The notes: generated by a model from the sequence alone, not told the origin. A stretch of 64,000 nucleotides of DNA from Eledone cirrhosa (GCA_964016885.1 OZ024742.1:347324001-347388000), one strand, 5' to 3'. Counted from the stretch's first letter, positions 27,774-41,721 are shown. Program-made: numbers and translations.

Positions 27774-28701
27774 TTTTTGCAATCCTCGGTGCCTGAGATG
27801 ACATCGCATTTGTATACGATATCATCTGTGAGGCATTTGTTTTCAAGTGGGCATGCTTCCTTATTTAGGCAATTACATAGAGCCCCAGTCCGGGGATTGG
27901 GTTCGGAGGTGGTTGGCTTATTTAATTTTTTAGAAATGTGGTTGGCTATATTCCTAGCTAGGTTAGGTGTGGTGGAGTAAGACCTCTTTCTTCTCTAATC
28001 TAGGATTTAGTATAACTATAGATTCTAATTTGACTAGGGCCAACTTCTTAGATATCACTCTCGACCTAGATACTTCCCTCTATTACCCGTACCACAAACC
28101 TAACGAGTCCCTTAAATATATTAATGTTAATTCAAACCACCCCCAAAACATCACTGATAACCTAGTAAAAAGCGTCTCTATTAGAATATCTGGCTTCTCC
28201 GCCAACAAAGATATTTTTAATGCATCTGCCTCCTACTACAATGACGCCCTCGCCCGTAGCGGATTTAAAGACAAGATAACTTACCTAGAAACCACCGCAA
28301 GATTGCAGAGGAGGAATAGACATAGGCAGATTAGCTGGTACAACCCTCCCTTCAATAGAGAGGTATCTACTCCGATAGCTAGGATTTTCTTCACTTTACT
28401 GAAATTACACTTCCCCATACAACATAGGTACCACACCATCTTTAATAAGAACACAATAAGACTGTCTTACTCCACCACACCTAACCTAGCTAGGAATATA
28501 GCCAACCACATTTCTAAAAAATTAAATAAGCCAACCACCTCCGAACCCAATCCCCGGACTGGGGCTCTATGTAATTGCCTAAATAAGGAAGCATGCCCAC
28601 TTGAAAACAAATGCCTCACAAATGATATCGTATACAAATGCGATGTCATCTAAGGCACCGAGGATTGCAAAAAAACTTACATCGGCATGACCTCCAACAA
28701 C
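27771..28701 (+). mobile_element. Penelope-like family-2 internal fragment with an inverted 5' duplication
   Basis: 27984-28701 is nearly identical to the reverse complement of 39897-40610; 27771-27983 is the reverse complement of 28464-28677; (TA)n on both sides. Confidence 0.9.
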
Positions 28702-29238
28702 TATATATATATCTATATATATCTATATATATATATATATATATATATATGTAGATAAATCTACCAAGAGTTTACGGTAGTGTCCAATCCGTATGAAGAA
28801 CTCAATGTATTCCGGATATCATGGAAAGAAGAGATGTAATGAAAAATCACTTTCGGTGAAAGATAAACGGAATACAGAGTCAAGATAAAATATTAAACAA
28901 ATAATGAATAAAACAATGAAACAGTTCCTTATATTAAACAAAAAAAGTTCATTATTTAACGATCGTTTCTAGGATATATATGTGTTAGAATTGGCATGCA
29001 TATTCAACAGATCTATGTACAAAATTATACAAAATTATACAAACTATCAAGATTAAATATACATACCAAACACACATATATGCCGTCTTCAGAAATAATG
29101 AAATATATTTATTGATAATAACAACAATTCAAAATTTCAGGTCCGTTTGGGAACGGAGTTCAAAATTGACCAATGAAAATACAAAAAGACCTGAACGGAC
29201 CTGAAATTTTGAATTGTTGTTATTATCAATAAATATAT

Positions 29239-29392
29239 TTCATTATTTCTGAAGACGGCATATATGTGTGTTTGGTATGTATATTTAATCTTGATAGTTT
29301 GTATAATTTTGATAATTTTGTACATAGATCTGTTGAATATGCATGCCAATTCTAACACATATATATCCTAGAAACGATCGTTAAATAATGAA
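29239..29392 (+). ncRNA. Type-I hammerhead motif with extended stem II in the PLE-1 pLTR (copies 28948-29102 minus, 35714-35868 plus)
   Basis: TTCATTATTT-CTGAAGA-(115 nt)-GAAA-CGATCG-TT-AAATAATGAA: perfect 10-bp stem I and palindromic stem III. Confidence 0.7.
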
Positions 29393-29746
29393 CTTTTTTT
29401 GTTTAATATAAGGAACTGTTTCATTGTTTTATTCATTATTTGTTTAATATTTTATCTTGACTCTGTATTCCGTTTATCTTTCACCGAAAGTGATTTTTCA
29501 TTACATCTCTTCTTTCCATGATATCCGGAATACATTGAGTTCTTCATACGGATTGGACACTACCGTAAACTCTTGGTAGATTTATCTACATAATTTTGCT
29601 CCTATTTTCACGGAAATATTCGTATTTTTGTACTGTATGTGTGTATTAATTTTATATTTATGTATATACATATATATATATGTATGATTTTGTAAACCCA
29701 TATACATTTAGTTGAGCTCTTTCAATTGTCCATCATCCATATCACA

Positions 29747-32188
29747 ATGGAAAAACAATATTTGGGAACCTCTTTAAAAAACATACCAATACCTTCTAAG
29801 GATGACTTCTTACTCCTTATGATTCAAAAAACTAATAATTTTATCAGAAGAGTTAGATGGAGGGCCTACCACTTCGATAAAAAATCTAAACAAGCAGATC
29901 GGAAATATATGTATGATTTCAATACTTACAAGAATCCACCACACAACTTTTTACTTGAAGACTTCGAGAAAGACCTTTTTAATTTAATTAAACACCTCAA
30001 ATTTAAAAAGTATAAATCCGTCTTTCAAAAGGACCTTGATTCTACCCTATTGGACCTAAAAAAGTCTAAAAAAATCCATGTCCACTCGGACAAAACTGGT
30101 AACTTGTATCACATGGATATTGAACATTATAATGAGTTCATATATAAAGAACTCAGAAAAAATTATAAAAAATCTAATAATGCGTCACTCACCAACATCA
30201 ACAACAAAACACACAACATAGTAAAAAAACTAAACATTGAAGATAGAACTGAACCTTTGGCATTGAAAAGACCACACTTCAACCTGAAGGATCATAAATC
30301 AAACTTTAACTCAAATCCTTCTATAAGACTTATATGTCCCTCCAAATCAGATATTGGAATAATTAGCAAAAAAATTTTGGATAGAGTCATCCCACAAATA
30401 AGAAAACACGTTATTTTACCACTCTGGGAAAACACCTCCCAGGTAATTAACTGGTTTAAAAATATTAGATGTAAATCTTCTGCTTCATTTCTACAATTTG
30501 ATATAGATAATTACTATTCTTCTATATCACCTATACTCCTGAACAAAGCATTGATATTTGCTAAAAATAGATCTAACTTAACTTTGGATGACATTAATAT
30601 TATTACACATGCTAGACTAACACTTATTGAATTTCAGAATGAATACTGGACCAGAAACACATATAGTAATCTATTTGATATTACTATGAGTTCAAGCGAT
30701 TCCGCCCAAATTACTGATCTTGTGGGCCTCTTTCTCCTTTTCAACATAAATGCCTCCTTTCCCCACCTTAAAGGTGGTTTATATCGTGATGACTGTCTTC
30801 TTCTTTCTAACAACCTTAGCCTTTCAGAAATAGAAAAAAACAAAAAACATATTAGAACTTTCCTTAAAGACTATTATAATCTTCATATTACTTTTGAAAA
30901 AACAAGTAAAGTAGTAAATTTCCTAGATATAACTTTAGATTTAGCTACGGGTATCTACCAACCTTACCATAAACCAAACCAAAACTTACATTACATACAC
31001 TCACAATCTAATCACCCTAAATCTATCCTTAAAAACCTTGCATATAATATATCACTTAGAATTTCTAACCTTTCTTCTAACCAAGATGTATTTGATAAAA
31101 ATGCGACCTTCTATAACGAAGCTCTAGATAGAAGTGGCCACAAAAATAGATTAGAATATATACCTTCTACTAAAAATACTAAAAGCATACAACCTAATAT
31201 TACCAACAAACACCAAATGAAAAGTACACACCTAAATGCCACCCACACTATACCCCAAAATACCAAATCTTCTAATATAAAATATAGTAACTCTCAAAAA
31301 ACTACTCATCATACAACTCTAATAAATATTAATAATAAAACTCCTAATAAAAAAGATAAAACACCTAAATCTACAAATATAACTAAAAATGGTTGTGGTG
31401 AGATCATTAACATTAATCCTCCTAGTAAACATCACGATACAACCTATAAAAATAATAAAAATAATAAACAACATAGAAACCGTAATAGACGGGTTACTTG
31501 GTATAATGCTCCATTTAATTTACAAATTAAGGATAATATTGCTAAAAAATTTTTTTATATCCTAGAGAAAAACTTCCCGCCAAACCACAAATACCATCAA
31601 ATCTTAAATAGGTCTACAGTTAAATTCTCATACTCAACAACAAATAACATAAAACAAAATATAAGTGCCTATAATGCATATAAATGTAAGAAAACCATAA
31701 GTATACCACCAATACATCAAATTAACCATAATATCTCCTCAAATACAGAATTAACGAAAGGTTGTAACTGTAGAAACAAAGCAAACTGCCCATTAAAAGG
31801 GAATTGTCTTGTTAACAACATAGTCTATAAATGTAATGTTAAAACTAAAGATTCTATTTGCTCATATATAGGAGCTACTTCTAACAATTTTAAGACAAGG
31901 TTTAATACCCACAAGCATAGTTTTAAAAATGCCGCACTGGCTAATACAACATCTCTAGCAGAAAAAATCAATAGTTATAAAAATAAGAATATAGAATATG
32001 ATTTGACCTGGAGTGTGCTCAAAAGAGCCACCCCTTATCAAAATAATAGAAATGAATGTAGATTATGTTCCCAAGAACTATTTGAAATAATGAAATCTAA
32101 GGATATCCTATTAAATAAACGACAGGAATTAATTATATCGTGTAATCATAAACTAAAAAAAACATTTAAATATTATAAACCTAATTAA
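29747..32188 (+). CDS. PLE polyprotein, RT plus C-terminal GIY-YIG endonuclease, 813 aa
   Basis: Uninterrupted ORF from ATG; SLKNIPIPS, DKT, FDIxxYY, GLYRDD, FLDI, CNCRxxxxCPLxGxC, IVY...YIG...R. Confidence 0.93.
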   Translation: MEKQYLGTSLKNIPIPSKDDFLLLMIQKTNNFIRRVRWRAYHFDKKSKQADRKYMYDFNTYKNPPHNFLLEDFEKDLFNLIKHLKFKKYKSVFQKDLDSTLLDLKKSKKIHVHSDKTGNLYHMDIEHYNEFIYKELRKNYKKSNNASLTNINNKTHNIVKKLNIEDRTEPLALKRPHFNLKDHKSNFNSNPSIRLICPSKSDIGIISKKILDRVIPQIRKHVILPLWENTSQVINWFKNIRCKSSASFLQFDIDNYYSSISPILLNKALIFAKNRSNLTLDDINIITHARLTLIEFQNEYWTRNTYSNLFDITMSSSDSAQITDLVGLFLLFNINASFPHLKGGLYRDDCLLLSNNLSLSEIEKNKKHIRTFLKDYYNLHITFEKTSKVVNFLDITLDLATGIYQPYHKPNQNLHYIHSQSNHPKSILKNLAYNISLRISNLSSNQDVFDKNATFYNEALDRSGHKNRLEYIPSTKNTKSIQPNITNKHQMKSTHLNATHTIPQNTKSSNIKYSNSQKTTHHTTLININNKTPNKKDKTPKSTNITKNGCGEIININPPSKHHDTTYKNNKNNKQHRNRNRRVTWYNAPFNLQIKDNIAKKFFYILEKNFPPNHKYHQILNRSTVKFSYSTTNNIKQNISAYNAYKCKKTISIPPIHQINHNISSNTELTKGCNCRNKANCPLKGNCLVNNIVYKCNVKTKDSICSYIGATSNNFKTRFNTHKHSFKNAALANTTSLAEKINSYKNKNIEYDLTWSVLKRATPYQNNRNECRLCSQELFEIMKSKDILLNKRQELIISCNHKLKKTFKYYKPN

Positions 32189-34568
32189 TAACATTATTTT
32201 AGAAATTAATATATAATTTAATTTAAATGTTAGTTAACCTATAAATTTAATTTAATTAAAATTCTACTACAGATGAGAATATAAAATATTGTGTAATCAT
32301 AAATTGTGAAAAACCTTTAAATATTACTAATATATACTTAGTAATTTAATTTATAGATTAATTTTAATTTATTTAACCCTTTATTAAAATTCCTTTACAG
32401 ATAAAATATAACAAAATATCGTGTATCCAATGACAGAGAAATAATTTTTAGTATTATAGACCTAATTAATATACATTTTAGAAATATATTTATAATTTGG
32501 TTTTAAATTTAGTCAACCTAAAAATTTAATTTAATTGGCTTAAAATTAGTATCCTAATACAGACGGATTGCAGAGTGTCATGTAATCATAGAATGGGATG
32601 TGTTTTGGATGTATACCTAGTTAATATATTCTTTGCAATTTTTGAAAAAATATGTATATGTATGTATGTATATGTATGTGTATGTATGTATGTATATGTG
32701 TATATATATATATATATGTGTATGTATATGTATATGTATATGTATTAATTTTGATTTCTATTTGCATATAATTATATTCTGCTATTGATAAAATACAATA
32801 TCTGTTTTATTTATTATATACCTAATTAACATATACTATAGAAATTAATATATAATTTTTAATTTAGTTAACCTATAATTTATATTCTACTACCGATGTA
32901 ATACTTTATTTGTTTTTTCCCTATTACTAAATTCATTTCCTAATATTGATACCATAACGTTAATAACTTTAATTTAGTTATACTATAATTAATACTCTAC
33001 TACTATTTAACTTCAAAATTCTGCTTCAAATATTATAAACCTAACTAATTTACACCTTAGAAATCAATATGTTAACTTTCTTTAGTTTAGTTAACATATA
33101 ATTAATGATATACTTATTTTGAAATGCATAATTTTGCCTTATTTCTTGCATTTCCTAACACTGAAACTATGTAAAAACATATATTGGGATCCAAATACAG
33201 ATTAATATTCTATGTTTCTTGAAACATATATTTACTATAATCCCCTTCTCCACCCCCCCCCCCCTTTCCCCCATACTATTATCATCTGTGTTTGTAAGCG
33301 TGTATGTAAGAATATATATGTAGGTAGGTGTATATATGTTTGGGTGTTTATATCTGAGTATAAAAATACATATATGCGCATGCAAATAAGAATATATGAT
33401 TGTGTGTATATATATATGTATATATATATATATGTGTATATATGCATGTGTATATATATGTGTATGTATATATGTGTATGTGTGTATATGTGTATATATG
33501 TGTGGGCGTGTATGTGTGTGTATATATATATATATATGTGTGTATGTATGTGTATGTATATATGTGTATGTATATGTATGTCTCTCTATATATATGTCTA
33601 TCTTCGTATCTATGTGGGTATATGTGTGTATGTACATGTATGCACATGTATATGTTTATGTGTATATGTGTGTATGTGTATATATGTACGTGTGCGCACA
33701 TATATATGTGAGTGTGTGTGTGTGTGTGTATATATAAATATGTATATCTATGTGTGTATATATATATATTCGTATGTGTATATATATATATATTATTTAT
33801 TATTATAATATAACTTATGTGTATATGTATATATGTGAAGGTGTGTATGTGTATATATATGTATATGTATGTGTAAAAATATATATGTGTATGCGTGTTT
33901 TTGTGTGTGTGTATATATATGTATATATATGTGTGTATGTATGTGTTTGTATGTGTGTTTATGGTTGTATGAGTGTGTGGGTATATATATAGATATATGT
34001 GTATATATATATATATATATGTGTATATGTATCTCTATTAATGTGTATATATGTATATGTATATACCTTTTTCTTTGTATGTCTGAGTTGTGTGAGAGTG
34101 TAGTGGTGTTTGTATGTATATACGCATATATGGATGCGTGTGTATTTGTATATATGTATGTATATATATATATATGTATATATATATATGTATGTATATG
34201 TATCTCTATTTGTATGTGTATATGTGTATATGTATATACCTTTTTCTTTGTATGTCTGAGTTGTGTGAGAGTGTAGTGGTGTTTTGTATGTATATACCGA
34301 TATATGGATGCGTAAGTATTTGTATATATGCGTATATATAAGTACGTATGTGTGGGTGAATATATATCTATGTCTATGTATGAGTATGTATGTGTGTGTA
34401 TGTATGTGTGTATGTGTGTATGTATGTATGTATGTCTGTATGTATATGTGTGTATATATATGTATGTATGTGTATGTCTGTATGTATATAAGTATGTATG
34501 TGTATGTATTTGTGCGTGTATGTGTATATATATGCGTGTCTATATATGTGTGTGTGTATATATGTGTA

Positions 34569-34611
<43 letters not shown>

Positions 34612-34685
34612 ATATGTGTGTATATATATATATGTATATGTTTATATATGTGTGTGTGTGTGTGTTGTATGTGTAGATGTGTGTA

Positions 34686-34731
<46 letters not shown>

Positions 34732-34738
34732 TTCTTGA

Positions 34739-35110
34739 TCAGTAGGCATCTCTAACAAAATACACCCCTCCCGCCGCCACCCCCACCCCATCCACACCAC
34801 CCCGTTCTATGTAAAGTTATGTTGGTGCCGCGCCATCCAGGCCGAAACAAATGAGATCGTGTAGGTGTCACGACAAAAAAACACACAGTCCACGCTGTAA
34901 TGTGGCCGTGTAGGCAACACGGTAAAAACCTCCCAGACCCACACTGTAAATGTGGTTGGTGTTAGGAAGGGCATCCAACTGTAGAAAACCTGCCAGACAG
35001 TCCTATGCGAGCAAGACAATCACTCTTGCCTCAAGTGGGACTACCCCCGTCCAAACCCATGCAAGCGTGGAACACGGACGTTAAACGTTGATGATGATGA
35101 TGATGATGAT
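34739..35110 (+). mobile_element. RTE family-1 3' UTR fragment inserted in the PLE-1 3' UTR
   Basis: Matches 45979-46350 and ends in (GAT)n. Confidence 0.9.
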
Positions 35111-35922
35111 ATTTCTTTTTTCTTTTTTCTTTTTCTTTTCTTTTCTTTTTATTTCGAAGTTTATAGATACATCTATAAATAAGCAGTCTGCCCAAACAGT
35201 TGAATACTGACCTCTCCCCCCCTCCCACCTAATTTCTGTATCTTGATCTAAATGTGTGTGGCAGTGTTTATGTGAGTGAATTAATATCCATGTGCTTATG
35301 ATAATATTATATCCACATATATATGTGTGTGGGGGTGTGTGTGTGTATGTATGTTCGTAATTATGTGTATGTTTATGCATATACGCGCGCGTGTGTGTGA
35401 GTGTATGGATATGTGTGAATATGAGAATATGTGTATACACTTATTTCATATTTATGTGTCTATACGCATTTTATCTGTGGATTATAAACTTACAGAGACA
35501 TTAGCCTTAAATTTTTTGTATTTGCATACATCTTTTTGGCATGCGTATGCATGTTGAGCATATATCTTTGTGTAAATATGTGTACGGGGTTGTTTACATG
35601 TATATACACACACCAAACTGCATAAAACTTTTTGTATTTTCATTGGTCAATTTTGAACTCCGTTCCCAAACGGACCTGAAATTTTGAATTGTTGTTATTA
35701 TCAATAAATATATTTCATTATTTCTGAAGACGGCATATATGTGTGTTTGGTATGTATATTTAATCTTGATAGTTTGTATAATTTTGTATAATTTTGTACA
35801 TAGATCTGTTGAATATGCATGCCAATTCTAACACATATATATCCTAGAAACGATCGTTAAATAATGAACTTTTTTTGTTTAATATAAGGAACTGTTTCAT
35901 TGTTTTATTCATTATTTGTTTA

Positions 35923-35929
<7 letters not shown>

Positions 35930-35955
<26 letters not shown>

Positions 35956-36468
35956 CTAAGTATCTATATCTATATATCTATATCTATATATCTATATATA
36001 TATATCTATATCTATCTATATATATCTATATCTATATATCTATATCTATATATATATATCTATATCTATATATCTATATCTATATATCTATATCTATATA
36101 TCTATATCTATATATATATCTATATATATATCTATATATATATCTATATATATATCTATATATATATATATATCTATATATATATATATATATCTATATA
36201 TATATATATATATCTATATCTATATATATATATATCTATATATATATATCTATATATATATATCTATATATATATATATATATCTATATCTATATATATA
36301 TATATCTATATATATATCTATATATCTATATATATATATATATATATATATCTATATATCTATATCTATATATCTATATCTATATATATATATCTATATA
36401 TATATATCTATATATATATCTATATATATATATATATAGATATATATATATATATCTATATATATATA

Positions 36469-36513
<45 letters not shown>

Positions 36514-36736
36514 ATATCTATATCTATCTATATCTATATATCTATATATATATCTATAAATATATCTATATATATATCTATATATATATATATATATATA
36601 TAAATATATCTATATATATATATATATATCTATAAATATATCTATATATATATCTATATATATATATATATATATATATCTATAAATATATCTATATATA
36701 TATCTATATATATATATATATATATCTATATATATA

Positions 36737-36790
<54 letters not shown>
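35930..36790. repeat. Expanded (TA)n/(TATC) microsatellite (others at 40846-40972, 41270-42045, 46350-47966, 51462-51860)
   Basis: Read directly. Confidence 0.97.
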
Positions 36791-36791
<1 letters not shown>

Positions 36792-37609
36792 ACGTTATTC
36801 CGGGTTGAATCGGAGGTAACCACAGTAAGTAAGGTACTCAATACATAGCAGAGTATAACAGTTTTAATATAGAAGAGATTCTACAGGACTAGAACTGTTT
36901 CATTCATTAGAAATCATCAGGAATCTGGGTATCAAAAAATAAATATGGTATTTATAGGTCTCTACAAGTGGTAGGAGAGGGTGGGGAGTGGGATGGGTGC
37001 AGGTCATTGGTTGATAGAAAAGGGAATTCATTAAAAGCTAATTCTACAAAGCTATAGTTTATTTTTATTTTTATTTATATTTATTTATGTTTTTAGAGTA
37101 ACAAAGGCAGACAGAATTCTATAAACAGGTTCCGGATGGCATACCATTCCTTGTCAATAAGTTTCTCTTAAGCTAACAGATGTCTATAAAGTCAGTGGGG
37201 GGTCAGTCATGGTCGATAGAGTTAAAGAAAAGGGAGATTCTTTAAAAGCTAAAGTCATTAAGGTTCTACTAAGTGACAAAGGTCTAGAGAATTCTGCAGA
37301 CAGATTCAAAATACTGAGTGCATATCTTACTATTATCTTAGAACTTCTCTTAAACTAATCAACTATATGCCAAAAATCAACAGACACATTCACAAAAAAA
37401 CAAAAAAACAAAAAAACAAAAAAACACATACTCACTCACTCACACACTTACGCGCAACCATAAACACACACACAAACACATATACACACATAAAAACACA
37501 CACACATATATAAAAAATATATAAATATATATAAATATAAATATATATTCATGTACACACACATACATACACACATACATACATACATACATATACAATA
37601 CATATACAC

Positions 37610-37654
<45 letters not shown>

Positions 37655-37679
37655 CATACACATGTACATATACACAGAT

Positions 37680-37726
<47 letters not shown>

Positions 37727-37835
37727 GATACACACACACATACACATACATACACACACACATACAAATATACACAAATAAATACACTCACACGCATACA
37801 TACAAACACGAGTATACATATGTATAAATATTTAT

Positions 37836-37902
<67 letters not shown>

Positions 37903-37903
37903 T

Positions 37904-37968
<65 letters not shown>

Positions 37969-38147
37969 TATATATGTACATACACATATACATATATCCA
38001 TACATATACAAACATACACATACATACACAGACCTATACATAAATATACAAATATATATAGACATATAACGCGTATATACACACACATATACATATACAT
38101 ATATATATACATATATATATATACATATATATACATATATATATATG

Positions 38148-38185
<38 letters not shown>

Positions 38186-38623
38186 CATATATACACACAC
38201 ACATACACATATATATATATATATACACACACGCGCATACACACATACACACACCCACACACAAAATATATATACACACTCTCTCTCTCACGCACATATA
38301 TATAAATATATACACACACACATACATACACATACATATATATATACAAATATATATATATATATACACACATATATACATCTATACACATATACACATA
38401 TATATATATATACACACACATACACACACATATACACACATATATACATACATACACACATACACAAACACAGACACATACAAATACACATATATATACA
38501 CACATATATACACACATACACACACACACATATATACATATATATGTACATATATACACACACATACATACACACGTACACATACATACATATACACATA
38601 TATATACATATACACACATACAC

Positions 38624-38656
<33 letters not shown>

Positions 38657-38657
38657 T

Positions 38658-38704
<47 letters not shown>

Positions 38705-38749
38705 TATATATACATACATATATACATATATATATATATACATATACAC

Positions 38750-38781
<32 letters not shown>

Positions 38782-38816
38782 GCGCACACACATACATACA
38801 TACACACACACACATG

Positions 38817-38870
<54 letters not shown>

Positions 38871-38911
38871 CATACACACACAGATACACACATACATACA
38901 TATACACATAT

Positions 38912-38996
<85 letters not shown>

Positions 38997-39097
38997 TACA
39001 TATACACATATATATACACACATACACACATACATACACACATACACATACATAAACATACATACATACATACATACATACAAACACATATATACAC

Positions 39098-39171
<74 letters not shown>

Positions 39172-39278
39172 ATACACATACACAAACATATACATACATA
39201 TACATACATAAATATACACACATAAAACACATATACACACAAACATATATATATACACATATATATATACATACATAT

Positions 39279-39361
<83 letters not shown>

Positions 39362-40846
39362 TACACATATACACATATACAAACAAATATATACACATAC
39401 AAGTAAATAGGTACTCAATAAATATACGCATATACGCAGGCACATAAAGACACCTCTACAGGCAGAAAATGTAGATACGAAAGAGGTACTCACATAACCA
39501 TAGTGGCCGTGTTTCAGGTTGAGGAGGGGTGGGGGTAGGGTGGGGAGGAGGTATAGGGGCCAATAGGGGGAGGTCGTTTTTAGCCATCGGGCTTTAACAC
39601 TGGCTTAAAGTGTTTGAATGTTGCAAAGTTCTTGTGCATGCAGTTCGGGCAGTGTTCAGAGAGTTTGTTCAGTAGCGGGCCCTTGGCGAATAAAATTTCG
39701 TAGCTCTCTGAAATACAAAGGTCGCAGCCCTTGTGTCCTCCGTTGTAAGAGCGCGCTTTCTGGAGTATTTTCCAATTAAGCGTGAAGGGGGTGGAGTTCC
39801 TTTTGAGGTCCCAAACGTAGGAGGCGAGTGTTGTTTGATTTAATTTATCCGGTCTTCTGAAGGAGTGGGTATGGGCATACCAACGGGTCTTAAAGTTGTT
39901 GGAGGTCATGCCGATGTAAGTTTTTTTGCAATCCTCGGTGCCTGAGATGACATCGCATTTGTACACGATGTCATTTGTGAGGCATTTGTTTTCTAGTGGG
40001 CATGCTTCCTTATTTAGGCAATTACATAGAGCCCCAGTCCGGGGATTGGTTTCGGAGGTGGTTGGCTTATTTAGTTTAGAGTTGTGGTTGGCTATATTCC
40101 TAGCTAGATTAGGTGTGGTGGAGTAAGACAGTCTTATAGTGTTCTTATTAAAGATGGTGTAGTACCTATGTTGTATGGGGAAGTGTAATTTCAGTAAAGT
40201 GAAGAAAATCCTAGCTATCGGAGTAGATACCTCTCTATTGAAGGGAGGGTTGTACCAGCTAATCTGCCTATGTCTATTCCTCCTCTGCAATTTTGCGGTG
40301 GTTTCTAGGTAAGTTATCTTATCTTTAAATCCGCTACGGGCTAGGGCGTCATTGTAGTAGGAGGCAGATGCATTAAAAATATCTTTGTTGGCGGAGAGGC
40401 CAGATATTCTAATAGAGACGCTTATTACTAGGTTATCAGTGATGTTTTGGGGGTGGTTTGAATTAACATTAATATATTTAAGGGACTCGTTAGGTTTGTG
40501 GTACGGGTAATAGAGGGAAGTATCTAGGTCGAGAGTGACATCTAAGAAGTTGACCCTAGTCAAATTAGAATCTATAGTTATACTAAATCCTAGATTAGAG
40601 AAGAAAGAGCTTAAGTTTTTCCGAAACCCATCGGTGGTTCTGGGGCTAACCTTATGCAGGGCGAAGAGGCCGTCGTCTCGGTATAAACCTCCAGTTAGGC
40701 CGGTAAAGAGGTTCTTCAGGTTATGTAGGATGTACAGGCCCACAAGATCGCTAATTTCAGCCGAGTCGCTCGCCCCCATGCTAACGTCAAATGGGGTCTG
40801 AGATTTCTTGTTGATCCAGTAAGATCCATCGTGGTATAGAAAGGTC
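36791..40846 (-). mobile_element. 5'-truncated Penelope-like element family 2 (Naiad-like) with ~2.8 kb 3' UTR/pLTR
   Basis: ORF 39580-40779 has MGASDSAEISDLVG, GLYRDDG, CNC...CPL...C and IVY...YIG; 3' region ends in a hammerhead next to (TA)n. Confidence 0.88.
36876..36926 (-). ncRNA. Type-I hammerhead ribozyme at the PLE-2 3' end
   Basis: Minus strand AGATTC-CTGATGA-TTTCTAATGAAT-GAAA-CAG(TTCTAGTC)CTG-TA-GAATCT: stem I 6 bp, GUA site. Confidence 0.8.
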
Positions 40847-40918
40847 TATATCTATATATATATCTATCTATATATCTATATATATATATATATCTATATA
40901 TATATATCTATATATATA

Positions 40919-40973
<55 letters not shown>

Positions 40974-41102
40974 GGAAAGTTATATTTAAATTGTTGGGTT
41001 ACAACTAGTAAATATTTATAACTGATATAAAAGCACTCGACAAGTATTTGGAGTATATTTACGATATTAAATAAATGGAAACTATATTTATAAAACCATA
41101 TT

Positions 41103-41168
41103 TATTTCATTATATATATTTCAGGGATATCATATTAACAATATGCTATGCCTTCCTCAGACAAAATA
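41103..41168 (-). ncRNA. Type-I hammerhead motif in a solo PLE-like end (40973-41269)
   Basis: Minus strand TATTTTGT-CTGAGGA-AGG...CCT-GAAA-TATATA-TA-ATGAAATA; associated 85-bp inverted repeat 41060-41144 / 41185-41269. Confidence 0.6.
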
Positions 41169-41407
41169 CAATATAGACAGTTTTATATTGTTAATATGAT
41201 ATCCCTGAAATATATATAATGAAATAAATATGGTTTTATAAATATAGTTTCCATTTATTTAATATCGTATCTATATATATCTATATATATATCTATATAT
41301 ATCTATATATATATCTATATATATCTATATATATCTATATCTATATATATATATATATATATATATATCTATATATATATCTATATATCTATATATATAT
41401 ATATCTA

Positions 41408-41458
<51 letters not shown>

Positions 41459-41563
41459 ATATATATATATCTCTCTCTATATATATATATATATATCTCT
41501 CTATATATATATATCTATCTCTCTCTATATATATATATCTATCTCTCTCTCTCTATATATATA

Positions 41564-41600
<37 letters not shown>

Positions 41601-41721
41601 CTCTATATATATATATATATATCTCTCTCTATATATATATATATATATCTCTCTCTCTATATATATATATCTATATATATATCTCTCTATATATATATAT
41701 TTATCTCTCTCTCTATATATA

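Larger units (their letters stand above)
28749..35929 (+). mobile_element. Apparently full-length Penelope-like element family 1 (Naiad-like): inverted pLTR, pLTR, ORF, long 3' UTR, pLTR
   Basis: Inverted repeat 28749-29147 / 29194-29592; direct repeat 29194-29454 vs ~35669-35929; (TA)n flanks. Confidence 0.9.

Noticed and set aside
29747-35929. Selenoprotein-type Naiad with SECIS
   Set aside because: No in-frame TGA in the PLE ORFs present and no SECIS recognised
33167-39493. Many long YI/CV/HT-rich ORFs (also 46332-47975, 51392-51946, 52652-53262)
   Set aside because: Stop-free translations of TA/TG/CA microsatellites
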